From NCBI GenBank assembly GCA_964035545.1, contig CAXIUT010000297.1, forward strand, positions 1 through 32,028: DNA of 32,028 bases. The letters run 5' to 3'. Positions 10,786 to 21,748 of the stretch are shown here, one piece after another; within the stretch, counting starts at the first letter, position 1; every line of letters begins with the position of its first letter. Under the pieces are notes generated by a model, which was not told the origin of the DNA, searched no databases, and saw only the letters and a list, made by a program, of their open reading frames with translations. Source of the DNA: Bugula neritina. Lineage: Eukaryota > Animalia > Bryozoa. A program made the position numbers and the translations under genes.

Positions 10786-13759
10786 ATGACTGACAGCATA
10801 AAGATAGCTGTTAGAGTTCGTCCCTTCAATGAAAAGGAAAGGAATGAGCAGACTAAGAACATCATTGAAATGGAAGGTCAAGAGTTAAGACTGAGAAATC
10901 CTGATACAAACTAAAAGAAAAAGTTTGGATTTCATCGATGTTATTATAGCACAGATGATGCGATGGGACATGCTCCAATTGACAATACATTTTTATTTAA
11001 TGATATAGGTAAAGAGGTGTTAAATCAAATTTATCAAGGTTACAATTCTACGATCTTTGCTTATGGACAGACGGGTGCAGGGAAGTCATACTCTATTGAA
11101 GGATATGAAGAAAAAGGTATCCTTCAGATGTGTCTTTAAGATATTTATCATCGTAAAAAACCATAGAATAGCAAAAATGGTCTAGCTACATCTGTCAGAA
11201 TAACATATCTGTAAATCTACAACTAAAAACTAAGAGATCTGGTTGATCCAAGATAAAAATAAATCAAAATTCAACAAATAGGTACAGCCATTCATATATC
11301 TAATGTGACTCCTGTCCTAGCATAAACCTATGAAGAAGTAGAACAAATATTCAAAGATGGTAAAAAAGTTAGAGTGGTTGGTGCTCACGCTATGAATAAA
11401 AATAGTTCTAGAAGTCATGCTGTCTTCACTATCTACTATAAGGAAACTGGAGGGGGTAAGATGATTGATTCAAAATTCAATATTGTGGATTTGGCTGGTT
11501 CAGAAAGACAGTCGAAAACTGGAGCTACTGGAGTTAGACTTGAAGAAGCTAATAATATCAATAAAAGTTTGACAAATTTGGGTATAGTTATTGAACAATT
11601 GGCTATTAATTGTCAAAAGAAAAGTACTAACTTTGTTCCCTATAGAAATTCTACTCTTACTCATATTCTTTCTGAATCACTTTGTGGAAACAGTAAAACT
11701 TTCATGATAGCTGCTGTATCTCCAGCTGATTCTAACTATGAATAGACTCTTAGTACTTTAAGATTTGCTCAAAGAGCTTCTATGATTACAACCAATTCTA
11801 AGAAGAATGTTCAAGCTAAATAGGGATACAATAAATAACTTTTATAGGAAATATAGAGGTTGAAGAAGCAACTTGAAGGTGCTCAAGGCCAAGTTATTCA
11901 TACTCATTCGGTAGCGTCGAATATATTACAGTTGAAAAGCAGGCTGAGGAAATGGATAGTCGAATAACTCAAATGATGCAGGAATTGGACCAAAATAAAT
12001 CAGAAAAATAAAGTTTGGATTTTAAACTTAAATAGTTAGAAGAAGAAAGAAAAAATCTTGATATTGAAAAAAGTAAAAAAAAATGCTTGATCCAGAGGAA
12101 GAGCAAAGAGCGAAAGATATTGATCAAGAGATTAACAAATTAAAAGAAGAAATATAAAATACAAAGAAAAGTAGAGAGGAATTATAAAAGGAGTTACAAG
12201 ATGAAAAAACTAAGAAGTAAGATTTATAGGCCAAAATAAAGTAGCAGCAAGGAGCTATGAGTGAGTAACAAAAGAGAGCAGCTGAATTGAATGCAAGAAT
12301 TATGATAATGATGAGTGAGTTAGACAAAAACAAAACTGACAAAGAGGCATTATAGAAGGAATTACAGGAATAAAAATTACGTAAAGAATAGATGTAGAAA
12401 TTCAAGAAGAAGATGCTTGAAGAAGCTGGTTTATCAAATCAATCGAATATCAATTAGAGAAAATTTCCATATATTATGAATGTTTCAGAAGATCCAACTT
12501 TGCTAGGTATGCTTCTCTATGACATAAAGGATGGATAGACTAAAATAGGTACAAAAGATGCATAAGAAAATCATATTAAATTGAATGCTCTTGGTATTAT
12601 GCCTAGACATTGTTCCTTTTACAATTAGAAAAGTAAGATATTTATCTAGCCTAATCCAGAAGCAAAGATCTTTGTTAATGGTGCAATAACAAATAAAAAA
12701 GTATAACTTCAACATCTTGATAGAGTAACTTTTGGTCATGCTAACAATTTCAAGTTGATTATTCCTGGTAAGGGAGCAGTTGATAATTTGAGAATGTCTT
12801 CAACTGCTATTGGCAAGTATGGTTAGTACATCGACGACAAGTTGGCTGCTAATACTATTGAAGCAAAGAGCATGAAACAATTTTTGAGTGAACTTCAGCA
12901 GAGATTAGACAAGCATATATTTGCCAAGTTTTTATAGAAATTCAAATCGTTCTTTGAAGATGTAGATTAGATGAATGAATATACTTTCCACAGATATAAA
13001 AAGTTTCCTCTTAAATCAAAGAATCTTCATTTCAGAATAAATGTGGTTATCGATATTTAGAACTATATGAAAGGTATTCCAGAAATTATCGTTTTGTGTT
13101 AGCATAAATAAAACAAAGAAGTTCAGTTTGTTTGGACTGAATAGAAGTTTCAAAATAGATTGGCAGAAATGCAGGAATGGTACTAGGGCGAGGGTAAAGG
13201 CAATGATGGATTATCATATTATGAGTTTGATCCTTGGTTTTAGGCTTCTGATACTTTTATTAAAGAAAAAGAACAACTTTAGACTTTGAAAACTAAAGAA
13301 ATAATATAATTTTTTAATAAGAAACAACAAAATAATGCAGAAGGTTATAAAAAGATCCTTGCTTAACAAAAATCTATTCTAGCTGAATTGAATGGAATGG
13401 GTCATAATGAAGGTTTGGTTGAAGATTATGCTGATTTTTATTTCAGAAATTTTCCCTGCACTGATAGTAGTAAAAAGAAGATATAAACTATGAGAAAGAA
13501 CGAATAAGTTCATAAGAAAATTCAAAGATTTATGTAATGTTGCGCTTAGGTCCAGAAATGCAACATGGATAATAAATTTTATAATTAGCAAAAAGACAAA
13601 TACTCCAAAGGAAAACAAAACGGTGCTAATGATAAATCCAACGCAGCAGGAGATGAGACTTTGGTTCAAGAAAACGTGTGGCTTAATTCAAAATTGGACT
13701 AGTTACAAGATGAGTTAAAGAGGAAGACTCAGATGATAAACAAGCTAAGAAAGCAATGA
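10786..13759 (+). CDS. Kinesin-3-like motor: N-terminal motor domain, coiled-coil, FHA domain (~990 aa)
   Basis: IAVRVRPFN, FAYGQTGAGKSY, YLEIYNEKLRDL (both E = TAA), NKNSSRSH, IVDLAGSER, NYEETLSTLRFA. FHA-like PYIMNVSEDP...IFVNG...LQHLDRVTFG. Needs two -1 shifts at 11910-11911 (GG) and 12075-12083 (A9). Confidence 0.92.
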
Positions 13760-13802
13760 TCTGAGATAATTAATAATAATAATAATTAAATTAATATAAT
13801 AT

Positions 13803-14681
13803 TCAGGGATCGTAGAGAGATGAATCCATTTTAGTTCTATGAAAGCTATTGACTCTTATTTTGAATTGTTTGTCTTTTCTGGTTTTTAGCATTTTATCAT
13901 CTGGTGATTATTATTTTAATTTTTAAAGACTTCTTTGTCTGATGCTTTTATTCATGAAGTTTTTTCCTGAAGTCAGGCACATAGTTTATCTTAGATTCTA
14001 AAGGGTTTGTCTGATTTATACACTCTGTTTTTGCACTAGATCATTTTGTATATTTTTTAGTTTTATTAACATCTTTTATGAATCTACTTGTCTTTGTTTT
14101 ATTTGTTAGTTTCTATCTTTTTATATTCTTTTTAGATGTGCTAGTAATGCTATTTATTGATGTTTTTGTAATACTTATTTTCTTTTCCTTAATCTATCTG
14201 CTATCTCCATTGTCTTATTTTGCTTCTATTTCTGATTGATTTTATTTGCTAAATTTTTTAAATGTTCAGCTTGAGAGTAACTTCTCTGCTTTACTAAACT
14301 CTTCTATTTAGCCTTCATATCCAGTACTCTTTTCGATGGCTTCAAGTATCCCTACAAATATTTATTTATTCTCTATTACTATTCCTACATTTCTCTTAGA
14401 TGTCTGGCTTTTAACTTCTATATTGAATTCATTGCAGCACTTTAATATTTGTCCATATAGTCATTCCATGCTGAATTAAATTAGAGTAATCTTGATTGTT
14501 GGAGGGAGTTGACCGAATGGACTTTTACTTTTTGTTGGCTGAGGAGATTTGTTTTGTATCTTCTCATTTATTTATCTTTTATTTATAGTATTTTTTGATG
14601 TGCTTTCTAGGCTTCAAGGTAGCAACTTGATTCTTAACATTTTTTACGATAATCTTAAAGTAATTTAAGAAATTATACCAT
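13803..14681 (-). CDS. Uncharacterised coiled-coil protein, 292 aa
   Basis: Open ATG14681 to TGA13803: MVEFLKLLEDYRKKCEE...LLEFNSAWNDYMDKYE...PSKRVLDMKAKERSLVKQRSYSQAE. The start lies 38 bp from the telomere. Confidence 0.8.
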
Positions 14682-14719
14682 ATTAAGATTAGATGAATTT
14701 CTACTTTATATATTTGTTA

Positions 14720-14800
14720 GGGGTTGGGGTTGGGGTTGGGGTTGGGGTTGGGGTTGGGGTTGGGGTTGGGGTTGGGGTTGGGGTTGGGGTTGGGGTTGGG
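14720..14800 (+). repeat. Telomere (GGGGTT)n, 81 bp
   Basis: GGGG(TTGGGG)12TTGGG. Confidence 0.98.
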
Positions 14801-14977
14801 TATAACTCTTGATATTGCCTCTTCACTGACTTGATTTATTTTGCATGTCGATTGTACCAGGCGAATGGCTTCAGATAGACGGATGCTTCCTTGTTTGCGG
14901 TGATCGATTTTGTTGAACTATTATAATAAGTTTTGCATCTATATTTTTGCATTTACTCCCTATTATCGCATTGTCAT
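14801..14977 (-). CDS. 5' fragment of an EF-hand-like protein, truncated at the telomere junction
   Basis: ATG14977 MTMREEGVNAKIEMQNLLEEFNKIDHRKQGSIRLSEAIRLV... runs without a stop into the telomere tract. FNKID-x-QGSI-x-E is EF-hand-like. Confidence 0.55.
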
Positions 14978-15132
14978 TAGTTATAAAATTATTCATTGAT
15001 ACTTATCATAATATATGCTATACTCATTTATATCTATGCTATCTAGATAAATATATTGATATTGATTGAGTTTGATCTAGTTTAGTTTTAGTAGAAGAAA
15101 GGAGTTGTTTTGTGATGATGTTAAAAACTGAT

Positions 15133-15137
15133 AAAAA
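15133..15137 (-). terminator. RNA polymerase III oligo-T terminator of tRNA-Ser
   Basis: TTTTT immediately 3' of the tRNA discriminator base on the minus strand. Confidence 0.75.
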
Positions 15138-15218
15138 CGACGCCTGAGGGATTCGAACCCTCGCACCTTACGGTAATAACTTAGCAGGCTATCGCCTTAA
15201 CCACTCGGCCAAAGCGTC
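15138..15218 (-). tRNA. trnS-GCT: tRNA-Ser(GCT)
   Basis: GACGCTT acceptor stem, TGGCCGAGTGGTTAAGG D-arm, ATAGC-CTGCTAA-GTTAT anticodon arm, long variable arm, GGTTCGAATCC T-arm. Confidence 0.96.
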
Positions 15219-15329
15219 ATGTTCATCTACTTTCTATCAATGGCTTCAAGTACAAAAATACTATCGACCATTTCCAATCAAATGCTATCACTATCATATC
15301 AAATCATTTTATAATATAAAATATATCAA

Positions 15330-15416
15330 GGGGTTGGGGGTTGGGGTTGGGGTTGGGGTTGGGGTTGGGGTTGGGGTTGGGGGTTGGGGGGGTTGGGGTT
15401 GGGGTTGGGGTTGGGG
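15330..15416 (+). repeat. Telomere (GGGGTT)n, 13 TT units, some expanded G-runs
   Basis: G4T2 tract with G5, G5 and G7 runs, likely homopolymer errors. Confidence 0.97.
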
Positions 15417-16159
15417 AAAAGAGGATCAACAGTGTGATTCCTAACATAAAATAAAATTTATTCAATTCAACTCAAACGTTTGTTGATGCATTATTTAACT
15501 TAGATTCTTAGTTTATACAATCAACTGCTACTCCTGCATTACAACGAGTGATACTACCTGAAATAGAACATTTGAAAAGCAAAAATACATCGATTAGTTT
15601 TGTATAATAGAAAATAGGATAGGATGGCAAAAGTTAATAAGTTGGCAAAAAGGTGCTTTATGTATCGCCTTATGTTATTTTTGGACAAACTATGGAGGAA
15701 AGATTGAAATTGTAAAATCCATGGGAAAGTACATACAGATTATTGGCATTCAATCGATTTATCAATTACGATAAAGATGAGAAATTATCTTTTAGCAAAT
15801 TGTCTAAAGACCACATCTATGGATTTAACTGTTTCTTTTAGGCATTCAAATAAATATAGATATCTTCTGGAGGGTCAAATAAAACTAAATATCCCCAGAA
15901 GGAAATGGTGGTCACATTTGAAACTAATGCATAGAATCATTAGTTTTATGTATCAGATTTTAACTTTGTTCTTAAATCGCCATAATCACTGAATAATCTC
16001 AATGATTGTATTCTATATAAATATTGTATGGATTGGCAATATATATATTCAATATCAAATGTTATCTGTTCATTGAGCAATTATATTTATTAGAAGAAGC
16101 ATGTCTTGGTATTTATTTCGATAGTCACCTGCCATACAGCAACGAGGTATCAAAGTTGA
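15417..16159 (+). CDS. 3' fragment of a hypothetical protein, 5'-truncated at the telomere junction (weak Tim44/MRPL45-like impression)
   Basis: Frame open from the junction with no start (KRINSVIPNIKENLFNSTQTFVDALFNLDSEFIQ...). The first in-frame TGA at 16157 overlaps the next gene, so the true end may be earlier. Confidence 0.5.
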
Positions 16160-16852
16160 TAACTTGCCATGTAAATGCCTATTCATCTAGATGCAGCTAA
16201 ACCTAAAATTAGTTTATCTTGGGGAATGAATTAGAAAACTGATAGTCGACCTCCCAGCACATCCACTAACTATATCAGAGATACCATTCCTGCTACCCTA
16301 AATAGAGAACCTGCACATGATCCTCAAATGAATCATGTTAAGGTGCTGACTGATACTTCTGATGAGGAGCAGGAGGAGTTGATTAAGTTACTAAAATCAC
16401 AGAATGATAGAAAATTGTAACAAGAAATGTTAGAACTATATAGTAAAAATAGAGCTAGAAGCAATTCGATCAAAAGTGGCATGTAGATGAAGAATCAAAG
16501 AGAGTAAAAGGGAAGTCAACGTTTTTAAGCAGATAAAAGAATAAGATTTTTATAGAATAGTTTACTTCCTTAATGCAAAAGAGATAGTATGTCGACTATA
16601 TTCGATTATAATCTCAATAAAGAAGTGCCGTTGTAGTAATCTCGAGTTAGTGGTAAATCAGTGCTTCATAACAAAGTATACCAATGATTATTAAAGAAAA
16701 ACGATTCGACTGTTCCAATGGGAGATGGCTATAATTCATTTATTCCTTAAACTGACTATAAGAAAGATCTGAATCAGAAGTTGAGATAGATCTATGATTA
16801 CGATGATAGTTATAATCGAAGGATGGAGAGGAGTAATATTCGTTTGGGTTGA
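16101..16852 (+). CDS. Hypothetical protein, 236 aa
   Basis: MSWYLFRESPAIQQRGIKVDNLPYAAKPKISLSWG... Introns 16171-16190 (20 nt) and 16676-16696 (21 nt, in-frame TGA) give a clean frame to TGA16852. Confidence 0.72.
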
Positions 16853-16900
16853 AATTTAACTTTATCTATTATGATAAATAAAATATTTTATCTAAAAGCA

Positions 16901-17554
16901 TCAATAAACAGCTTTTATCATGACTTCATAAAATTCTTGGAATGTAATATGTTTGTTTTTGCTGTTGCCTGCACGTTAAAGCATCAATCTCATCATTTCT
17001 TAATCTTACTATTCCTCCAATAACTTGGTCATTTCTTTGAGATCGTGCATATCAATGTAACCTTTATTGGTTCTATCGTATTTTTTGAAGATATGTTGGA
17101 TTCTTTTGGCAGGTTCTTTCTTTTTGTTTCTGTAATCCATAGCTTTCATAAATTCAGTAAATGAAATTCCACCTGTTTATTATAAATCGTATTAGGCAAT
17201 GATCTCATAAATAGTCTTTTTTGTTGCTTAGTAGCCGTTTTAATTCAAAAACACCTTTAGGTCGTTGGGAAGTAGAACTCCTATTTTGGTTGAATCGTAA
17301 TAGTCAAAAACTTATTTAAGTGCTATAACATCTTATTATGTTATTTCGCTGGTAACGTAGTGTCTGGGATCGAATTATCTGAGATCTTTTCTTTTAAAAC
17401 GGATATCATAATAACCTGAATTTCTTTCCATCCAATCTTCTTTACTCTCATGACTGTATCCATGACGAGAACTAGGTGATTTCCTATCAGGACTCCTGCT
17501 ATTTGAGACTTTTACGGAAGAAGTCTTCATTTTGCTTTCTTTCACTCTGCTCAT
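16901..17554 (-). CDS. Divergent centrin-family EF-hand protein (ICL/spasmin-like), 217 aa
   Basis: FDPRHYVTSEITEEDVIALKEVFDYYDSTKIG...YDLEETGGISFTEF...IFKKYDRTNKGYIDMHDL...HITFQEFYEVM, with a Ser/Arg-rich N-terminal extension. Confidence 0.85.
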
Positions 17555-17591
17555 GTAAGATATATTTAAAGTTTAATCATATTAATATTTA

Positions 17592-19095
<1,504 letters not shown>

Positions 19096-19210
19096 TACAG
19101 CATTAACATAATAGTTTAATTATTGTCTATTATTATAGTCTATTAATCTCATCGAAATCATAACTAATAATCATTAAAATCATATTTAATAATATTTTAT
19201 GACAAAATAA

Positions 19211-20428
19211 TCAATCAATGATCGTAACCTCATCTCCTGAGTAATTTACAGACACACAAAAGTAGATCTTCTACTTCTTTATCTTCTAAAACTTTAAATT
19301 ATACACTTTTGGATCCTAATTTCTTTGGAAGATCAGTTCTCCTGTCTGAGGAATGGCTGTCATCGTCAATGTATCATTCTAGTTGAAATACCATGAAGTA
19401 TATTGTTAGTTGACTGTTGAATCGCTTCCCCAACTGTATCCATCATAAGATATTTGAACTGTTCCATGACTTGACTGATCAAATTTATATCCAAAACTTT
19501 ATGCTTGACTTTTATAGGCTATTCCGGCTGCTACCCATCCTTTTATACCGTTCATTTTCAATTTGATCGTTCTTTTTTTGTTACCGATACTAGGTTCAAT
19601 AAGAGAAAGTAAAGTATATTAGTTTTACGGGAGATTGGGCATTTTTAGATTTTTAGGGTCAGTTATTTTGAGATCATGATGGGAAAGAGTGGTTGAATAT
19701 TTATAAGATTTGATTGAATTTTCTGACGAAGGATTGAACATCATGAGTATTTCTTATTATTCCCAATTCTTTTTGAGAGTTAAAGATTTTTATTTGAAAT
19801 CTTTGTAGATGGTAGCTACTTAACTTTTGACATAGTTAACTAAATTTTTTCCAGTCATTTTATCTTATAAAGACATACTTGAATATTAATCATTATCTGC
19901 AACAAACACTTCAAACCGAATAATAAAATTAAACAAACTTTGCTGTAATCTATTAATCTATCGATGATCTCCTTTACTATCATGATGATTTCTATGTTTT
20001 AGAGTGATTATGTTTGACATGGTAGTATAAAATTATTGAAAATATTTACCATTTAGCAACTATCTTGTTTTTTGGAAATAGTTAGTAATTGATGTTTGAA
20101 GGGCTGCCTAGATTTACTTGAATTGATTTCTGGCTATTCCTCTGATCAGGTTTATATGATGGTCGATAAATGCAGCTGTGGTGACGTCGTTGAGTAGTGT
20201 TATGCAACTTTGATGGATTTGTAGTAGTACCATTTTAAGGGATTTTACTTATAGATCTTATTTTTGTTTATTGTTTGTTTATGGGAGACATAAAGAACAA
20301 ATGAAACCTCTAGGCTGGGCCTCTTACTTAGTTACTATCATATTGGCTATCTATGAGGTATGTCTATCGCATTCGCATGCTAATTTTATGAATGAGTTCA
20401 GTATTCCTCCACGAATATCTTGGTGCAT
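19211..20428 (-). CDS. Zn-finger(B-box-like)/helical/SPRY(B30.2)-like domain protein, 405 aa
   Basis: Open ATG20428 to TGA19211. N-terminal CECDRH...FICSLC. C-terminal WVAAGIA...HGTVQISYDGYSW...FNENDTLTM...IYFCVSVNYSGDEV is SPRY-like. Confidence 0.72.
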
Positions 20429-20530
20429 TTATTATTCAAAAGAAATAAAATATCATCAATATTAACTATTTTATATCTTGTTATATATATATGAATAAAC
20501 TATCAACTTAAATAATTTAATATTGTTTCA

Positions 20531-20623
20531 GGGGTTGGGGTTGGGGTTGGGGTTGGGGTTGGGGTTGGGGTTGGGGTTGGGGTTGGGGTTGGGGTTGGGG
20601 TTGGGGTTGGGGTTGGGGTTGGG
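20531..20623 (+). repeat. Telomere (GGGGTT)n, 93 bp
   Basis: GGGG(TTGGGG)14TTGGG. Confidence 0.98.
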
Positions 20624-21689
20624 AGCTTGTAATAATAGCTGATTAGTTGGAACAAATAACCTCACCTTGCACTTGATTGCCACTCGTAGCTGTAAATAAC
20701 TAAGGTGTTAAAGGATAGCATGATGTTTCTTGTTCTTTATTTTAAAAAGCATCAATATAACATCTATTCGATTTGCTATTGGTTTAAAATGGTGTGAGAA
20801 GTGAGAGTTTTATTGTATCGAATCTTACTTTTTTGAATTATAAATAATTAAGAGTATATCGTTCTTTTATTTGATATACGATCATAAGTGAAGTATAGTT
20901 GTTTTAGTAGGTATTATTGCCAAAAATAATAACACTATTTTTGTTATTTATTTTAGCTATCTAGATGATAGTTAGTTGATCATGAAAATGAATGATATCT
21001 ATTTATTTTTGGATTTAACTTGCTCCTTTCTAACTGCTAGTATAAAAAAGAGTTTATATCCAATATACCTTGATAGGTTTCTTTTTGTTAAGATATGAAG
21101 GATATACTAATATATCTGGATCAAAAGATGCTAAACTCATTTTGTATTAAGACGGAAAGGTCTAATGATATTCTGAGGTTATTTTTAGTTACATTGATTC
21201 TATGTTGATGATGCCGAAGTAATACACCATATTAATTTTTGTTTGGCATCCTAATTTGAGGTATATTTTGTTGTTTGAAATGATTGGATAAATCATTTTA
21301 TTGTAATATTTTGAATATTATTTTGTTTTATCAGTTTAGCCTATTTTAATCATCAGTATTTTAGCATTAATTAAGGTTTCTTTTTTTGATAAACTATCCT
21401 CGATCTTTTCTTTCCCAAAAATATAGATATTTGTATTAGTAAAGATAAAAATTAATTTTCGAAGTTCTTCTATTCTTAAGATATATTTGATTTATTTTTA
21501 TTAAAATATAACTTTCATCTCATGATATTTTTAACCATTTTTTATATCATAACACAAAATAGTTCCATTTCTTTTGAAGAGTATGATAATTTAGAGATCA
21601 ATATTGATTTTAACAGTACTGATGAAGACAATATTTTATGATGGTTAATTTTGTATGATAGCTGGTTGATCTATTAGATAAAATGCCAT
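20624..21689 (-). CDS. Hypothetical protein, 3'-truncated at the telomere junction (>355 aa)
   Basis: ATG21689 [12 protein letters not shown]... is open with no TGA up to the junction at 20624. Confidence 0.6.
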
Positions 21690-21748
21690 GCTAATATTAT
21701 AGATCAACATCTATTATAGAAAATTACTTCGAAAAGAATTTAAACAAT

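Larger units (their letters stand above)
1..14800. other. Complete macronuclear minichromosome (~14.8 kb, ~10 genes)
   Basis: C4A2 tract at the left end and G4T2 tract at the right end in the correct orientation. All terminal genes are intact. Confidence 0.85.

Noticed and set aside
11911-11931. 21-nt GTAGCG...TACAG as a kinesin intron
   Set aside because: Its removal does not restore the downstream frame and it lacks the -6 A.
10786-13759. Stop-riddled genes as pseudogenes, or TAR=Gln code
   Set aside because: TAA/TAG fall at invariant Glu positions and catalytic motifs are intact.
15138-15218. tRNA as a TAA/TAG-decoding suppressor
   Set aside because: The anticodon is GCT with a long variable arm, so it is an ordinary tRNA-Ser.
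15330-15416. Variant telomere repeats (G5, G7)
   Set aside because: Confined to one tract and consistent with homopolymer sequencing error seen elsewhere in the window.
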